Shown: positions 29,188-44,733, counted from the first letter of the stretch. The stretch: 64,000 nucleotides of DNA from Octopus vulgaris (GCA_951406725.2 OX597821.1:24676001-24740000); one strand, 5' to 3'. A program made the numbers and translations. Notes: generated by a model not told the origin, from the letters alone.

Positions 29188-29225
<38 letters not shown>

Positions 29226-29316
29226 AAGTAGATAAATGAATTATCTTATTACATATGTAGAAAATAATAAAAAGGAATTTTGTTAAATCATCGTTCAGCT
29301 CCATTTCTTCCTACAC

Positions 29317-29360
<44 letters not shown>

Positions 29361-29374
29361 GTTCATTGATCGAA

Positions 29375-30202
29375 TTAAGGAGAAGAAGGGCAGCCGACAA
29401 ATGATGAAGGGTCGTTTTTATGTTACTTGTCTGTTTTCCCTTTCTTTCTCTCATTCTTTGCGTACCTAACGTTATTTTCGTATTTCATGTTGTTTACGTT
29501 TTGTGACGTCCTGTACCCATATATTCATGCCTATATACATACATATGTATGTATGTACATATATATTTTTTTTATTTATATTATTAGATGATTGAACGCC
29601 ATGCATCCATTTCCAAGTAAGCTTATCTTAATTTTGATGCGACTCTACCCTGTACTGTTCTTTCTCCCCTTTCGTTTTCTCCCTCATTCTTTCTCTAATC
29701 CCCCCCCCCTTCACCGTTTTGTATCTTTGTCTGTCTGTCACTCTCTTTCTCTCTCTTTCTTCTTTATGCACAGGTGACCATCGTCCAACTTTTTTTTCCT
29801 CACGTGATCATCTTTCTTTTCCTGCAGTCTGACGCACAGACCACGCGTATTCTTATGTCTCCACTTCTATCTTATCTCTTGTCAAAGACAATATTTCTCC
29901 AGCGTTCGCTACTTTACCGCGTCTGGTCTAACGACCCTCCGTGTTTGTTTTCGTTTGGTTTTCTTGTATGTCTCCACTGTGCTGTTTTTGTTACCAACGT
30001 TGACACACCGCAAATTCCAAATTTTAAGTCTTATCTTGTCCTTCAATGCACGAAATGAGGAGTAGATAGACAGCCGACAACTGATGAAGGGTCGTTCTTT
30101 GTGTTACTTGTCTTGTTTTCCATTTGTTTTTCCCTTGTTTACCCAAATTTGTTTTCGTATTTCATGTTGTTTACGTTTTGTGACGTCCTGTAGCCATTTA
30201 TG

Positions 30203-30242
<40 letters not shown>

Positions 30243-30260
30243 CATATATGTATGTATATA

Positions 30261-30313
<53 letters not shown>

Positions 30314-30350
30314 TATTATATGATTGAACACCACGCATCCATTTCCAAGT
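29375..30350 (+). repeat. Diverged direct repeats (about 29375-29618 and 30053-30350) around a ~430 bp spacer
   Basis: Both units contain CAGCCGACAA(A/C)TGATGAAGGGTCGTT...TTTCGTATTTCATGTTGTTTACGTTTTGTGACGTCCTGTA...GATTGAAC(G/A)CCA(T/C)GCATCCATTTCCAAGT. Confidence 0.8.
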
Positions 30351-30353
30351 TTA

Positions 30354-30431
<78 letters not shown>

Positions 30432-30744
30432 AGTACCTATCCCTTTGATAAGTAACTCTGCACGGAGTACAGTTGCGTTGTATGTAGGATGAACCCACGG
30501 GTTAACTGTAAGGTTAGGAATGTAGTGTATAGTTTATGATGCAGAAACATGACAAATACGCACGAGCGCGCGCACACATATATATATTGTCACAAATATC
30601 TGATGAAGGGTTTCTTGAACTTCTCTTAGTTACTGTGAAATATTTTATCAATATATATGTGTGTGTGTGCATGTGTGTGTTTACGTGTGTGTGTGTGTAT
30701 GCATGTGTGTGTGTGTGTGTGTGTGAGTATGTGTGTATGAAGGG

Positions 30745-31094
30745 ACTCTGTCGGACGAAGAGGGTCCAAGCTAATACGATCAACGGAACAGCCTGCTCGC
30801 GAAATTAATGTGCAAGTGGCTGAGCACTCCACAGACACGTGTACCCTTAACGTAGTTCTCGGGGAGATTCAGCATGACACAGAGTGTGACAAGGCTGGCC
30901 CTTTGAAATACAGGTACAACAGAAACAAGAAGAAAGAGAGAGAGTACAGCAGGGTTCACCACCAACCCCTGCCCGAGATTCGTGGAGCTATAGGATTTTT
31001 CGCTCAATAAACACAACGCCCTGTCTGGGAATCGAAACCGCGATCCTATGACCGCGAGTCCGCTGCCCTAACCACTGGGCCATTGCGCCTCCAC
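30745..31094 (-). mobile_element. Chimeric SINE: type C head with type D tail
   Basis: 31094-30940 matches the 18461 head. 30918-30745 matches the 3' half of the 28003 and 13262 copies. Confidence 0.8.
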
Positions 31095-31099
31095 AAACA

Positions 31100-31174
<75 letters not shown>

Positions 31175-31664
31175 ATGTATTACATATATTATTTCATACT
31201 AACTAAAAACTTATAACTGATCATTTATTGATAGTTTGATTGTATAATGATAGTACAAATTTATTGCAAACATCCTGTTGAATGGGTTTTCAATTTCGGC
31301 CATGGGGTTCTTCAGCCACCGGAGGGGAAGAAGCCGACAGTAGAGATTTCGTGTCCGAGTCAACTTGAATCTTACACTGTTTTAAATATTTTTGATGCTT
31401 TAAATGTATTTCAGACATCTTTCTCTGTGTGTGCGTACGCGCGCGCGTATATGTGTGAGTGAGTGTGCGTGTTTGTGTGAGTGTGCATCTGTGTGCAAGT
31501 GTGTGCGTGTGTGTGCGTGCATGCGTGTACGTGTGTGTGTGTGTGTGTGTGTATGAGCGTGAGCGTGTAATTATATACACATGCACGCACGCACACATAC
31601 AGAGATTTCATACGGTGAAGAATACCCATTCAGCTTTGGTCATCTCTCTCACTCTGCCTTTTTG

Positions 31665-31729
<65 letters not shown>

Positions 31730-31748
31730 ATATATATATATATAAATT

Positions 31749-31785
<37 letters not shown>

Positions 31786-31841
31786 TTGTACACAAACACA
31801 CACATATATACACGCATATATACATATATACTTAGATACAT

Positions 31842-31873
<32 letters not shown>

Positions 31874-31998
31874 CATCTTATACGGTGTTATTTATTATAA
31901 ATAATGTATTATATATGTGTATGTATGCGTGTCTGTGTATATATATGTATGTAATGTATACATGCTTATATGCGTGCACATGCATGACTGTTTGTATG

Positions 31999-32078
<80 letters not shown>

Positions 32079-32849
32079 TGTATATCCATCTGTACGTATA
32101 TATGTATGCGTACATGTATATAGCTGCATACAAAACAACTGAATAGGTCTGTCTCGCTGTCTGAGTTATTCAAAGATCGAAACCATTGTTTACTTGGGAA
32201 TATTCCCACACTATACCTTCACCAGTACTTCAATATGCAGTCTTTGACTGTTTTCGAACCTACATCCGCTCCTTTCGCCAGAAACGGGCGCCAAACACAC
32301 ACGTCATGGGAAATATTTGTAAATCACGGTTAAACACTTTGTCTCTTTGACACCTTGGTATTGTTGTTGTTGTTATTGTGACTGCTGCTACTGGTGGTGT
32401 TTCATTGTTATAGATTCTGTTGTTATCCATAATATTGTTGTTGTTTTCGTTATTGTTATTTCTGGTGTGGTCGTCGTCGTCGTTCACGTTGTTGTTGTTA
32501 TTGTTGGTGGCGGGGGTGGCTGCTGCTGACGGGCCATTCTTATTGTTGTATATAGTGTTGTCGTCCGTGTTGTTGTTCTTCTTCATTAGTCGTAGTGGTG
32601 TCGGTGGTGGTGGTGGCTGTTCTATAAGATGTATTGATTTTTATATTTTGTCTTGCATCAGCACAAACTAAGTAGGCATATGGGCAAAGACGTGTCGAGT
32701 TGCGACCATCCAGTCTTTTTAGGAGACTGAAGTGGTATGATTTGAGGAAATTCTAACTACTATTTCTTATAGGTTGAGTGACCTCTAGGATGCTTCCTCG
32801 TTAGTAGCTATTTGCTGTTGTTGTTGTTGTTCTTCTTCTTCTTCTTATC

Positions 32850-33255
32850 AGGACTCACGCCATTAGCCACAAAGAATTCGTGCCTACCACACGCGATAGA
32901 CTGGCGGTTGCACGGATACGTTGTAATCCTCATTCCGTAAACGGTGGCTTTTAACGGATGGAGAGCTGAACCATTCCTGGGATACAGAGGATTCGCAATC
33001 TAGACTAGGGTCTGAAAGTTTACCACACCATAGGGGGTTACACCATCGTTCCTCTGCTTTGTGGCAGAAGTAGAAAGAAAGAGTGAGAGAAAGTTGTGGT
33101 GAAAAAGTACAGCGGGGTACCACCACTCCACGCCGGAGCCTCGTAGAGCTTAAGTGTTTTTTGCTCAATTAACACACACAAGGCCCGGTCTGGAATCGAA
33201 ACCGCGTTCTTACGACCGCGGGTCTGTTGCCCTAACCTCTGGGCCATTGCGCCGT
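32850..33255 (-). mobile_element. SINE type C head with a third, unrelated 3' tail
   Basis: Head CGGCGCAATGGCCCAGAGGTTAGGGCAACAGAC... A unique tail at 33060-32850 ends in (AAG)n/(AAC)n. Confidence 0.7.
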
Positions 33256-33768
33256 TACTGCTGTTGTTGTTATCGTTACTGTTGTTGTCGGTGCTGTTGT
33301 CCACGACGTTTTATGGTGATGGTGATGTTGAGAGTGTTCTTGTTTTTCACAGGTAGGCCCTGATTGCCACAGAGCTATGATCAAAAGCGTTTTGTCCCTG
33401 ACCATCCAGCCTCTTTTGTGGTATTCTGGACTACTTTTCATGATATGTCTCTTCCTTTTTAAGTCAGCAGGTTTATGTAGTTCAAGAAGATTTAGCTAGT
33501 TTTTCAAAGAGATAGAATAACCTTACAGGGACCCCAGTAACTACCTTGCTGTAGTGGCAGAAGTAGCAGCAGCAGCAGTTGCAATTGTAGTAGCAGCAGT
33601 AGTAGTTGTAGTAGTAGTAGAGGTGGTCGCAAATTTGAAAATTCATTGAGTTCGATATTCGATTTTAATGCTCTGGATGTTGTTATTGCTGTTGTTTCAA
33701 TAATTATTATCCACAATTTACACATCAAACTTCATACACCCCCATATTTATTTATATATATATATATA

Positions 33769-33838
33769 CTTTATTTTAAGCAGCAGAAAATTCAACAAAA
33801 TCTGTTACTCTGAGTTTCTCGTTGCCGTTCATCAGACA

Positions 33839-33840
<2 letters not shown>
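33769..33840 (-). ncRNA. Solo arm of family H2 with hammerhead motif (33802-33839)
   Basis: Matches 16413-16483 by eye. Embedded in (TA)n. Confidence 0.75.
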
Positions 33841-33896
<56 letters not shown>

Positions 33897-34177
33897 TGTT
33901 ATTATTATTATTGTTTTTTTGTATTTATATTCGTGTGGCATCGTCTGTTTTTCTGTCCTTGTTTCGTATACATTCGATCCTTTTTCCAAGAAATCTAATG
34001 CTCGTAGCTTAGTTTTTCTTTGGGGCTGGCCGGATCGGAGCGATCTCAAGATTAATCAGCCAAAATTGCGAGGATGATCCGGCTCTTGACTGAAGATTGA
34101 AGGCTTCGAATGTCCCGTCCGTGTTTTTTGTATCGTCTTCTAAATGTTTTACGTTCTTGTCCCAGTTTGTATTTTTC

Positions 34178-34238
<61 letters not shown>

Positions 34239-34371
34239 AACGAATATAATATAATTCATAAAAGCTGATAAAAGCTAAATAAAGACAAATTGTTATATTT
34301 TTCAAAAAATTGATAAAATACAGGAAAATATTTTAAAAATTGAAAAAGAAATAAAATGAATAAAAGAGAAT

Positions 34372-34404
<33 letters not shown>

Positions 34405-34405
<1 letters not shown>

Positions 34406-34790
34406 CTTGTTTCAATCATGTGACTGCGACCATGCTGGAGTATCGCCTTTTAGTCGAGCAAATCGATCCTAGGACTTATTCTTTGTAAGCCTTGTACTTA
34501 TTCTATCGGTCTCTTTTACTGAACCGCTAAGTTACGGTATGTAAACACACCAGCATCGGTTGTTAAGCGATTTTGGAGGGAACAAACACAGACATACACA
34601 CACACACACATATATATATATACATATATACGACAGGCTTCTTTCAGTTGCCGTCTACCAAATCCACTCACAAGGCTCTGGTCGGCCCGAAACTATAACA
34701 GAAGACACTTTGCCCAAGGTGTCACGCAGTGGAACTGAGCCCGGAACCATGTGATTGGTAAGCAATCTACTTACCACACAGCCACTCCTG
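34405..34790 (-). mobile_element. SINE type B
   Basis: Full type B motif set. Confidence 0.85.
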
Positions 34791-35938
34791 CACACACACA
34801 CACACACATACACACACACACACACACATAATGTGTGCGCGCGCGCGTGTGTGTGTGTGTGCATCTGTGTGTGCGTGTGTGTTAAATTATATAAATTGAG
34901 ACAAACTTTTATCAAAATCGATAGAAACAAAGTTTAATTTGATAAATGACAACCTTTTATGAAAAGAGAGATCACGTCATGACTCGTAAGAGTGGCTATA
35001 CGAATCATACTTTTGCTCTTGCGTCACTGTGCTCTTATTTTCTATGAACACCAAGGCAAACTTGTACATGCAACAAAGCTGACAAACCTGGCAGATATGT
35101 TTATATTCTACAGGCAGCATAGAGCGTGTCCTTGCTTTATTCACCAACCTCTTGTTTCGAAACGGTGAGTCCTATGAAAGTACTCATGATGCTGAGCTCA
35201 ACAACTGATCGGTATGTTCTTCGAATGTCGAGGATAAAATTACAATTTTCTCATATTCCCTTAATCTCCATATTGTAAAGTAGTGGCTTTATGACTCCAC
35301 GTGTGTATTTGGAATCGATTATAAAACAATATGTTGGAGATTGTAGTATCATCCATACGAATTACATGCCTCATCCAGAGTGTTTGTTCATACAGCAAGA
35401 ATTTTCAATGCCACTTATGATACACTTTTCAAGGGTACCACTAATTAGAATCTTGTAACTTCAGCAGCTGCTTAAGCGCCAATATTTCATTTTAAACTCA
35501 TAAAAAACAAAATGGTGGTCTTGATTATACTACTATTGATTATTATGATAAAGCTTGACTGTGGTACATATAGGATAGGCTGACCAACAATGTTCGGTGT
35601 TAATGATACTAAAAAAAATCTTGTCCATTTAAAATCTATTTACAACATCTTGAAACTCTACCAAAGAATGAGCAACTTTTGCACAAACATCTGCCAAACC
35701 TAGCACCTGCATCAATTCAAGACTTTGTATTGAACTTTTGCGTATTGAACAGATCTGTAGTGGACGAAAATTGTATGCATTCGTTAAATACAGATTTAAA
35801 TATCAGAGAGAAAAACAAGGAAAATATTATAAGCGCAAGAAAGTAGATTTCTTGAATACCATTTGAATTACAGAAAGGATTAGAACACTGGCCATCAGTA
35901 ATTACAGTTGTCATCAAGTCGATATGAAAGTATATATA

Positions 35939-37132
35939 TTAGGCTGAGTAAAAAAATAAGTAACGTTTTGAGACATGAAATTCATCACAATATATTTCAA
36001 CAATGCGGAAATTTTATTCATCAAAGTGAGTGCCATTACAATCAACGAATTTTTGCCAACGAGTTACAAGTTTGTTCATTCCATTAACATAAAAATCTAG
36101 AGTTCTGGAGCTGATGAATTCTTTAAACGGTAGGAGAAAGGTCTGAGGAATAAGCTGGGTGGAGAACTTCGTAGCCGAGTTCCCTCAAATTCTGGAGCGT
36201 CAATAGTGAAACGTGTGGTGGAGTTTGTCATGAACAATGATTGGCCCTCTTCTGTTGACCAGCCTGGGACGGAGAAGTAGCAGTTTTTCGTTCATTTTGG
36301 CAATTTCATGGCAATATGTTTCTACAGTAATGGTTTTCCGGGCTTTAAGAAGTTATAGTGGACGAGTCCAGCAGTACATCACCAAACAGTCACCATAACC
36401 TTCTTTTTGAAGAGCTCGTATTTAGGGAAGGTTTTCGGTACTTTGTTTTGGTCCAGCTACTGTGAAGAACGTTTTTTAATATTGTGCAGAATCCACTTTT
36501 CATCGCAATTTACAATACGATCGAGAAATGGTTCGGTCTGGTTACGGAGAAGAAGCGACGAGCAAATTTCATATCTGTACATTTTCTGATTTTCATTCAA
36601 ATCGTGTGGTACTCATTTGTCGAGATTTTGAATTTTTCGATCGTATGCAAATGTTAAAGGCAGTTTTTTTTTGGCTTACTTGAAGTTCTTTTGCCAGTTC
36701 TCGAGTGGTTTTATGTGGATCTTTCTCATTGGCGGTCTTTAATTGACCGTCATCGATGACAGATGGGCGTCTACTACACTCACGAACTTTAAGACTCAGT
36801 ACTCCACTGCGAAATCATTTAAACCATTTTCGAGTTGGCCACTCATGGGTCATTTCCTCACCAAACGTTTCTTTGATATCGCGAGCAGTTTCAACTGCTT
36901 TACGTCCTTTTTTTAAGTTGAATAGCAAAATTGCTCGAATATCGCGCTTTGACAGTTTCATTTCAGATGATTATAACAACGGTGAAAAAAATGACAATGC
37001 TAAGTTATTGATGCATTTGGGCAAGTCTATGTCTGTATTATCAAAAAAATGTTGATAAAAAATTCAAAACTGCAAAAACCCGGTACAAATTCTTCATGGT
37101 TCAAAACATTGCTTACTTTTTACTCAACCTGA
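35939..37132 (-). mobile_element. Mariner transposon with both TIRs and a transposase pseudogene at about 36014-36961
   Basis: TA-TTAGGCTGAGTAAAAAAATAAGTAACGTTTTGA and TCAAAACATTGCTTACTTTTTACTCAACCTGA-TA. MKLSKRDIRAILLFNLKKGRKAVETARDI...KWFK*FRSG, *VPHDLNENQK (WVPHEL), FLDRIVNCDEKWI, ...KFVDCNGTHFDE*. Confidence 0.92.
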
Positions 37133-37217
37133 TAGTTATGTATGTATGTATGTATGTATGTATGTATGTATGTATAACGAGATAGAGAGAGAGAAAGAAA
37201 TACATACATACGTTTGC

Positions 37218-37256
<39 letters not shown>

Positions 37257-37275
37257 GAGTCTCTCTCTCTTTCTT

Positions 37276-37306
<31 letters not shown>

Positions 37307-37448
37307 TATATATATATATATATACATACTTATATATATCGACTTAATCCGTTTGTCTGTCCTTGTTTGTCCTCTCTGTGTTTAGCCCCTTGTGGGTAGT
37401 AAAGAAATATATATATGAAGAAAGAGCGAGAGTGAGGGAGAGAGAAAG

Positions 37449-37487
<39 letters not shown>

Positions 37488-38913
37488 AATTGATAGACAG
37501 AGACAGAGGGGAGGGAAGGATAAAAAGAAAGAAGGAAAGAAAGAAAGAAGGAAAGAAGCATGCAGAAAATATAACTTATTTTAACTTGTATGTATTACTT
37601 GTATATGTGGTACAGCCCAGTGGTTAAAATATTGGCTTAGCGATGATGATGTTCCGAGTTCGATCCTGCTGTATGGCATCTTAATCAATTGTCTTTTATC
37701 ATAGAGTTGACCTAACTTTGTGAATGGAATTGGGCAGACAGAAAATGTGTGGAAGCCGGTTCGATGGATTGTAAGGGGTCAATAATGTCATAAAATATCA
37801 CGCTGATTCTACCAGGGGATTACATTAAGGCTGCCCGTGTCTGCGGAATACTCAACCACCTGCACTATAATTCACTACAAAGAGGTAGTGAGGTTGATTG
37901 AACAACATGAATACTCATTGTCGAAACCGACGGGGAAACCATTTATAGTTATGTATACAATTACACACCCGTAGACGTATTGTTGTAGGTCTACACACAC
38001 ACATACACACGCGCGCGCGCGCACACAAACATACATACATACATACATACGCATACATATATGCACATACACAGACATTGCCTCAGTCCTTCCCCTTCCT
38101 AACCATTGAGAATAACATGTATGTATGTATGAAAGAATTTAAGTGCAATTTAAAAGTCAGTTGTTTACCTGTTCTCACCTTTCAACATTAGCTATTTTAT
38201 AAACATACTTTAGTTGCACGCAGGTTGCATTTCAAAAACCCTCTTCACCTAGTCTTCCCACAACACAACTAAAGCTGTCAAAATTTCTAACTGGAACCTA
38301 TTTTGCACCTCTACAAAGGTTTCTGACATTCACAGCGCCTACTTCAAACTTACTAATTATAACAATTCAATTACTTTTCATACACGTTCCCATGTCTTTA
38401 AAATATTACAGTTATGTATGACTGAAATCGAATGCAGTTCTCTTGCAGCTGTTTGTCACCATCAAATTTCGCTCCATCCGGAATATTATTATCATTATAT
38501 AAAACCACTGGCATGGAATACTTCCGACAGGTGAACGTTCGTTGCTTTTGTAGTAGAAGAATTGTAGTAGTAGAATTCCCAAGGTCAACACCGATTCCAT
38601 CACCACCATCGACTCTTCTCCCTTCCTTTTTTGTCTGCAGATCGTCTGAACATTGTTTACGTGTACGTGTGTGTGTGCGTATATGTGTATGACTGTAGGT
38701 ATGCATTTGTTCTATATAAGTGTATGTCCATGCGTGCGTGTGTGTGTGTTTGTGTGTGAGACAATGTGAGTGCTACAGATGTTGCGTACGTAACAGACGA
38801 TGTCTGAGTGTCAATTCATGAAACTGCCTCGCTTATGGCTGGCAAGAATAATATCATTGTAATATTACAAATAACACAATTGTATATAAAGTTATTGTTC
38901 ATGTGTGTGTATA

Positions 38914-38960
<47 letters not shown>

Positions 38961-39339
38961 TATATATACACACATATCAAAGTGCACACGCACACACACA
39001 CACACACACACCACATATATGTTTACACAAGGCACGTGGCTGATATGTATATGTACCCCACATACATACTTATATGCATAAACATTTATGTATGTAGATA
39101 CATCCACATATATACATGAGGCACGTGCAGTGAGTAAATACTTAATGTAGAGTACGCATTCATAAAGAAATTGTTAAGAAAGGCCTTTTTCTTTGAGAGA
39201 CAATATGTAAAAGTTGCTTTGTGTGTGTGTGTGTGTGAGAAAGAGAGAGTACCTATGTGGAGGGTATAAATATGTGCGTGTGCGTGTATATGTGTATATA
39301 TATATATCCACACACATATATATGTATATATTTATTGTG

Positions 39340-39350
39340 TGTATATATAA

Positions 39351-39419
<69 letters not shown>

Positions 39420-39518
39420 TATATACATATATACATACGTATATATATATATATACATATATATACATACATATATATACATATATATATATATATACGC
39501 ATATATACATACATATAT

Positions 39519-39549
<31 letters not shown>

Positions 39550-40330
39550 TACGCATATATACATACATATATATATACATATATATATATATACATACAT
39601 ACATATATATACATACATACATATATATACATACATACATATACATACATATATATACATATGTATGTATACATATATATACATATATATATACATATAC
39701 ATACATATATATACATATATACATACATATATATATACATATATGCATACATATATATACATATATATACATATACATACATATATACATATATATACAT
39801 ATATATATATATATATGCATACATATATATACATATATAGATATACATATTCATATACATATATATAGATATACATATATATATATACATATATATGTAT
39901 ATATATATACATATACATACATATATATGTATATATATACATATAAATACATATATATAAATACATATATATAAATATACACATATATATATACATATAT
40001 ATATACATATATATACATATATGTATATATGCCTATATATATACATATATATATACATATATATACATATATACATATATATACATATATGTATACATGC
40101 ATATATATATACATATATATACATATATATACATATATACATATATATACATATATATACATATATATATACATATGCATATAGATATACATATACATAG
40201 ATATATATATACATATACATATATATACACACACACATACATATACATACATGCATACATACATACATACATACATACATACTTACATATATACCATGAT
40301 ATATGTATATACGCACATATATAGGCACAA
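39340..40330. repeat. ~1 kb degenerate (AT)/(ATAC) microsatellite
   Basis: Direct inspection. It is the source of the spurious 387 aa ORF. Confidence 0.95.
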
Positions 40331-41534
40331 CGCACACTTACTACCGGAGTTAGCGTATTACCATTTATTACGTAATTTACAGCGAGTCTCTTATGACCGA
40401 CATCTTAGTTTTCGGCTTTTGGTCAGTCATCAGTCATGATTGCTTATGATTATTTTGTCTTATGTGAGTCCTTTCAGATGACCAAAAGAATTTCAGCAGA
40501 CCAACATATTGGTCGTAAAGCAACAGTAAATTGCATTACATGTGAGATGATGGGCGGGGGAACAGGTGTAAATCTATGTATGTGTTAACCCTTTACCTCT
40601 CCCAAACATTTTTGTAAGTTTCTCCTAAACGTCCACATTTATTTTCAAAATTTTCAAAGTTTATTTAGCCCTTGTTTCTTACATTGAAAGTGACACAGAG
40701 CTTTCTTTTCGGTAGTAGAGAAGCATCTGGAATGTGCACCATATATGATCCATGGATATCAGGAATGTTTTGTATACCTCATACAATACACAAGATGGGC
40801 AAAAGGTTACTCTTTTCGCAAGGGAAAGGTTCCAAGGCGGACTGTGATCACACTTAGTGTTTATGTGTATGCGTATTTATAGATGTATTTGCATGTATAC
40901 ATATGTAAACGTATATTACATATGCATATTCACGTATTTTGTACACATGCATACACACATATATATACACACACACACACATACATGTATGTATATGCAT
41001 TTACACACATGTAATGTGTGCATGAGTATACGAGTGTGTGTGTGTGTATGTGTGTGTGCGTGCGATGTTCAAAATTTTCCGCATCAGCAAACTTTCTGTG
41101 TGCATGCTCAAAAGATGAGTAAAGATCTCCGGCTGCTGTCAGAAGAGACCGGCTATGCAATCCGATGATAGTTCAATTTCATTTTTACTTGGATATGAAA
41201 GCAATAGTAATCGCTCTTCCACCTTTGACCGTAATATATTTATGTATGTCTCTACAATCAAATTCACTTGACCAACCCAAGATCACCATGCACATCTTTT
41301 ACCTCTTACTTGTTTCAATCATTGGACTGCAGCCATGCCGGGGCACTGCCTGCAAGGACTTTTAGACCAATGTATCGACCCCGGTACTTATCTTTTAAAA
41401 GCCTGGTAGTTATTATGTCGGTCAATTCTGCTGAACCGCTAAGTTACGGGGATGTTAACTCATAACACTAGTTGTCATGCGATGGTTGCAGGACAGACAC
41501 AGACACACGTATATATACATTCATACATACATAC

Positions 41535-42070
<536 letters not shown>

Positions 42071-42343
42071 ATATTCATATATACAAAGAGTAAAGAGGTA
42101 AAGACTATGGAATTGCACCTAGAAAGTCTGGACAAGGTTGTTTATGGAAGACCAGCAGTCTCCCATGCATAACAGCCTCCTCTCTTCATGCCACCAGTGT
42201 TATCCTTCGCTTCAGGAATTTTTTAGCGCGCCAGAACCAAGACATTTGAAATTTTATCCCCGATGTAATCGGTAAAACTAAGCACGTGTCTGTCTTGACA
42301 CAGAGAGCTGGGGTTAGTTTTTCATTTTGCATCTCGATGACCG

Positions 42344-42420
42344 AATGTACTGATGAAGTCACGGACTTTTGAATTATGTAAGTAATTCTTATGTTAAAGA
42401 CCGAAACCGAGGTATGCATT
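42344..42420 (+). ncRNA. Type I hammerhead motif with expanded stem II (family H5)
   Basis: AAUGUA-CUGAUGA-AGUC[acggacuuuu-GAAUUAU-guaa-GUAAUUC-uuauguuaaa]GACC-GAAACC-ga-GGUA-UGCAUU. Stem I 6 bp, stem III ACC/GGU, GUA site. Confidence 0.72.
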
Positions 42421-42630
42421 TAAGTCTGTTTTTTATTTAAATTTTCATATGTCCTGCCCGCCAAATTTGGTTCTGGTGTTCGCTGAATTCTTCCACTAGA
42501 GAATTTCCCTTGTAGTTTGATCGTTGATGATCTTTTTCTAGCATTCGGCCGGCTACCTAGCAGGCCAGCCCTGCCTATATACACTTATATATATATATAT
42601 AATATATATTTATATATATATATATATATT

Positions 42631-42699
<69 letters not shown>

Positions 42700-42771
42700 A
42701 TATATATATATATATATTTATATAATATATATATATATATATTTTATATAATATATATATATATATATATT

Positions 42772-42835
<64 letters not shown>

Positions 42836-42860
42836 ATATATATATATATATATATTTATA

Positions 42861-42891
<31 letters not shown>

Positions 42892-43098
42892 ATATATATA
42901 TATATATATATTTATATAATATATATATATATGTATTTATATAATATATATATATATATTTATATAATATATATATATATATTTTATATAATATATATAT
43001 ATATATATATATGTAGGTCCCGGGTTGATTCGGGGTTAACCACAGTAAGTAAGGTACTCAATACATAGCAGAGTAAAATTAATTTATTATATAGAAGG

Positions 43099-43149
43099 AG
43101 CTTCTACAGGACTAGTACTGTTTCATTCAAGAGAAATCTTCAGGAAGCT
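43099..43149 (-). ncRNA. Type I hammerhead ribozyme motif
   Basis: Reverse complement of 44734-44784. Confidence 0.85.
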
Positions 43150-43747
43150 ATTTAACAAGAATTGTATTAGCATTTATACATTTAGGCAGGTTTAAAGGAG
43201 TGGTGGTGGGGGACTTTTTTGGGGGTAGGCATAGCGCAAAATATCATACTTGGGGGAGTGGTCAAGGAGTCAGTGGTAAGTTAGATGAAAGAATAGATAA
43301 ATAAAAAAATATAAAAATAAAATAATAAAATAAAAAAATAAAAAAATAAAATAAAAAAATAAAAAAATAAAAAAATAAAATAAATATATATGTATATTTA
43401 TTGGTGTATAAATATATATATGTATATTTATTGGTGTATATGTATAGACTAGCCTCCTAAAGTGTAGACACGAATCTGTAGGTACGAGTACGTATGTGTA
43501 TATACGTGAACGTATGTAGATGTTTGTATGTATGAATATAACGCGTGCGTACGTGTATGTGTATGAGTGTACGAATGGGTGAATGTACGTGCTAATGAGT
43601 GTGCGTGCGGGAATGAGTACTTGCCTTCTAGTAGACAGACAAATGGACATGCTGCCATAGCCAGGATCCTTAGCTCTAGCGATCAAAGATAACAAAAGTA
43701 ATAAATGAAGATAATAAAATTAAAATTAGGGAATGGGCCTGTATTGG

Positions 43748-43792
<45 letters not shown>

Positions 43793-43897
43793 GTGTATGT
43801 GTAGGTATGTATAGGTACACATGTGTATGTGTGTGTGTATGTATATGTGTATATGTATGTATGTGCACACATGTATATATATGTATGCGTGTATATG

Positions 43898-43932
<35 letters not shown>

Positions 43933-44234
43933 GTACATATGTGTATGTGGGTGTATGTATATATAGGTGTAAATATGTGTATATAGGGAACTAGGTGTGT
44001 TGTGTGTGCATGAGTGTATGTGCGTATGAATATATATTTTTCTGTGTATATATGTATGTGTGGTCGTGTGTATATATATACATGTGTGTATGCGTGCATG
44101 CATGGGAGTGAGTGTATGCATATATACGTGTGTGTATGTGTAGACAGGTATATGCATGTGCATGTGTATAAATTTGTATATGTGGGCGGGTGTATGTATG
44201 TGTGTATGTAGATATGTATGTATATGTGTATATA

Positions 44235-44276
<42 letters not shown>

Positions 44277-44733
44277 TATATATATGTGTGTAGATACGTA
44301 TACATGTGTGTATAGGTACAAGTGAGAATCTCCTTATTTACCTATAACTCTATCCCCCCTTTTTTTATATATATTTTTTTTTATATATATATTTTTTATA
44401 TATATTTTTTATTTTTTTATTTTTTTATTTTTTTATTTTTTTATTATTTTATTTTATTTTTTTATTTTTTTATTTTTTTATTATTTTATTATTTTATTAT
44501 TTTTTTATTTTATTTTTTTATTTTTTTATTTTTTTATTTTTTTATTTTTTTATTTTATTATTTTATTTTTATATTTTTTTATTTATCTATTCTTTCATCT
44601 AACTTACCACTGACTCCTTGACCACTCCCCCAAGTATGATATTTTGCGCTATGCCTACCCCCAAAAAAGTCCCCCACCACCACTCCTTTAAACCTGCCTA
44701 AATGTATAAATGCTAATACAATTCTTGTTAAAT

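Noticed and set aside
30596-30650. CTGATGAAGG...GAAATATTTTA hammerhead candidate
   Set aside because: Stems I and II do not pair convincingly. It may be a decayed relic but I cannot support it.
34085-34120. CTGAAGATTGAAGGCTTCGAATGTC hammerhead candidate
   Set aside because: It has GAAU instead of GAAA and no proper stem III or stem I.
35000-35920. Unique-looking stretch as exon or decayed transposase
   Set aside because: Only short open frames, with no recognisable motif or clean splice pair.
38160-38650. Unique stretch with small ORFs and minus-strand donor-like sites
   Set aside because: No recognisable product and ambiguous splice signals. It needs transcript data.
40391-40518. Weak palindrome with minus-strand CTGATGA...GCCGAAA...GTC
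   Set aside because: Stems are broken and the arms match only in short patches, so it was not counted among the hammerheads.
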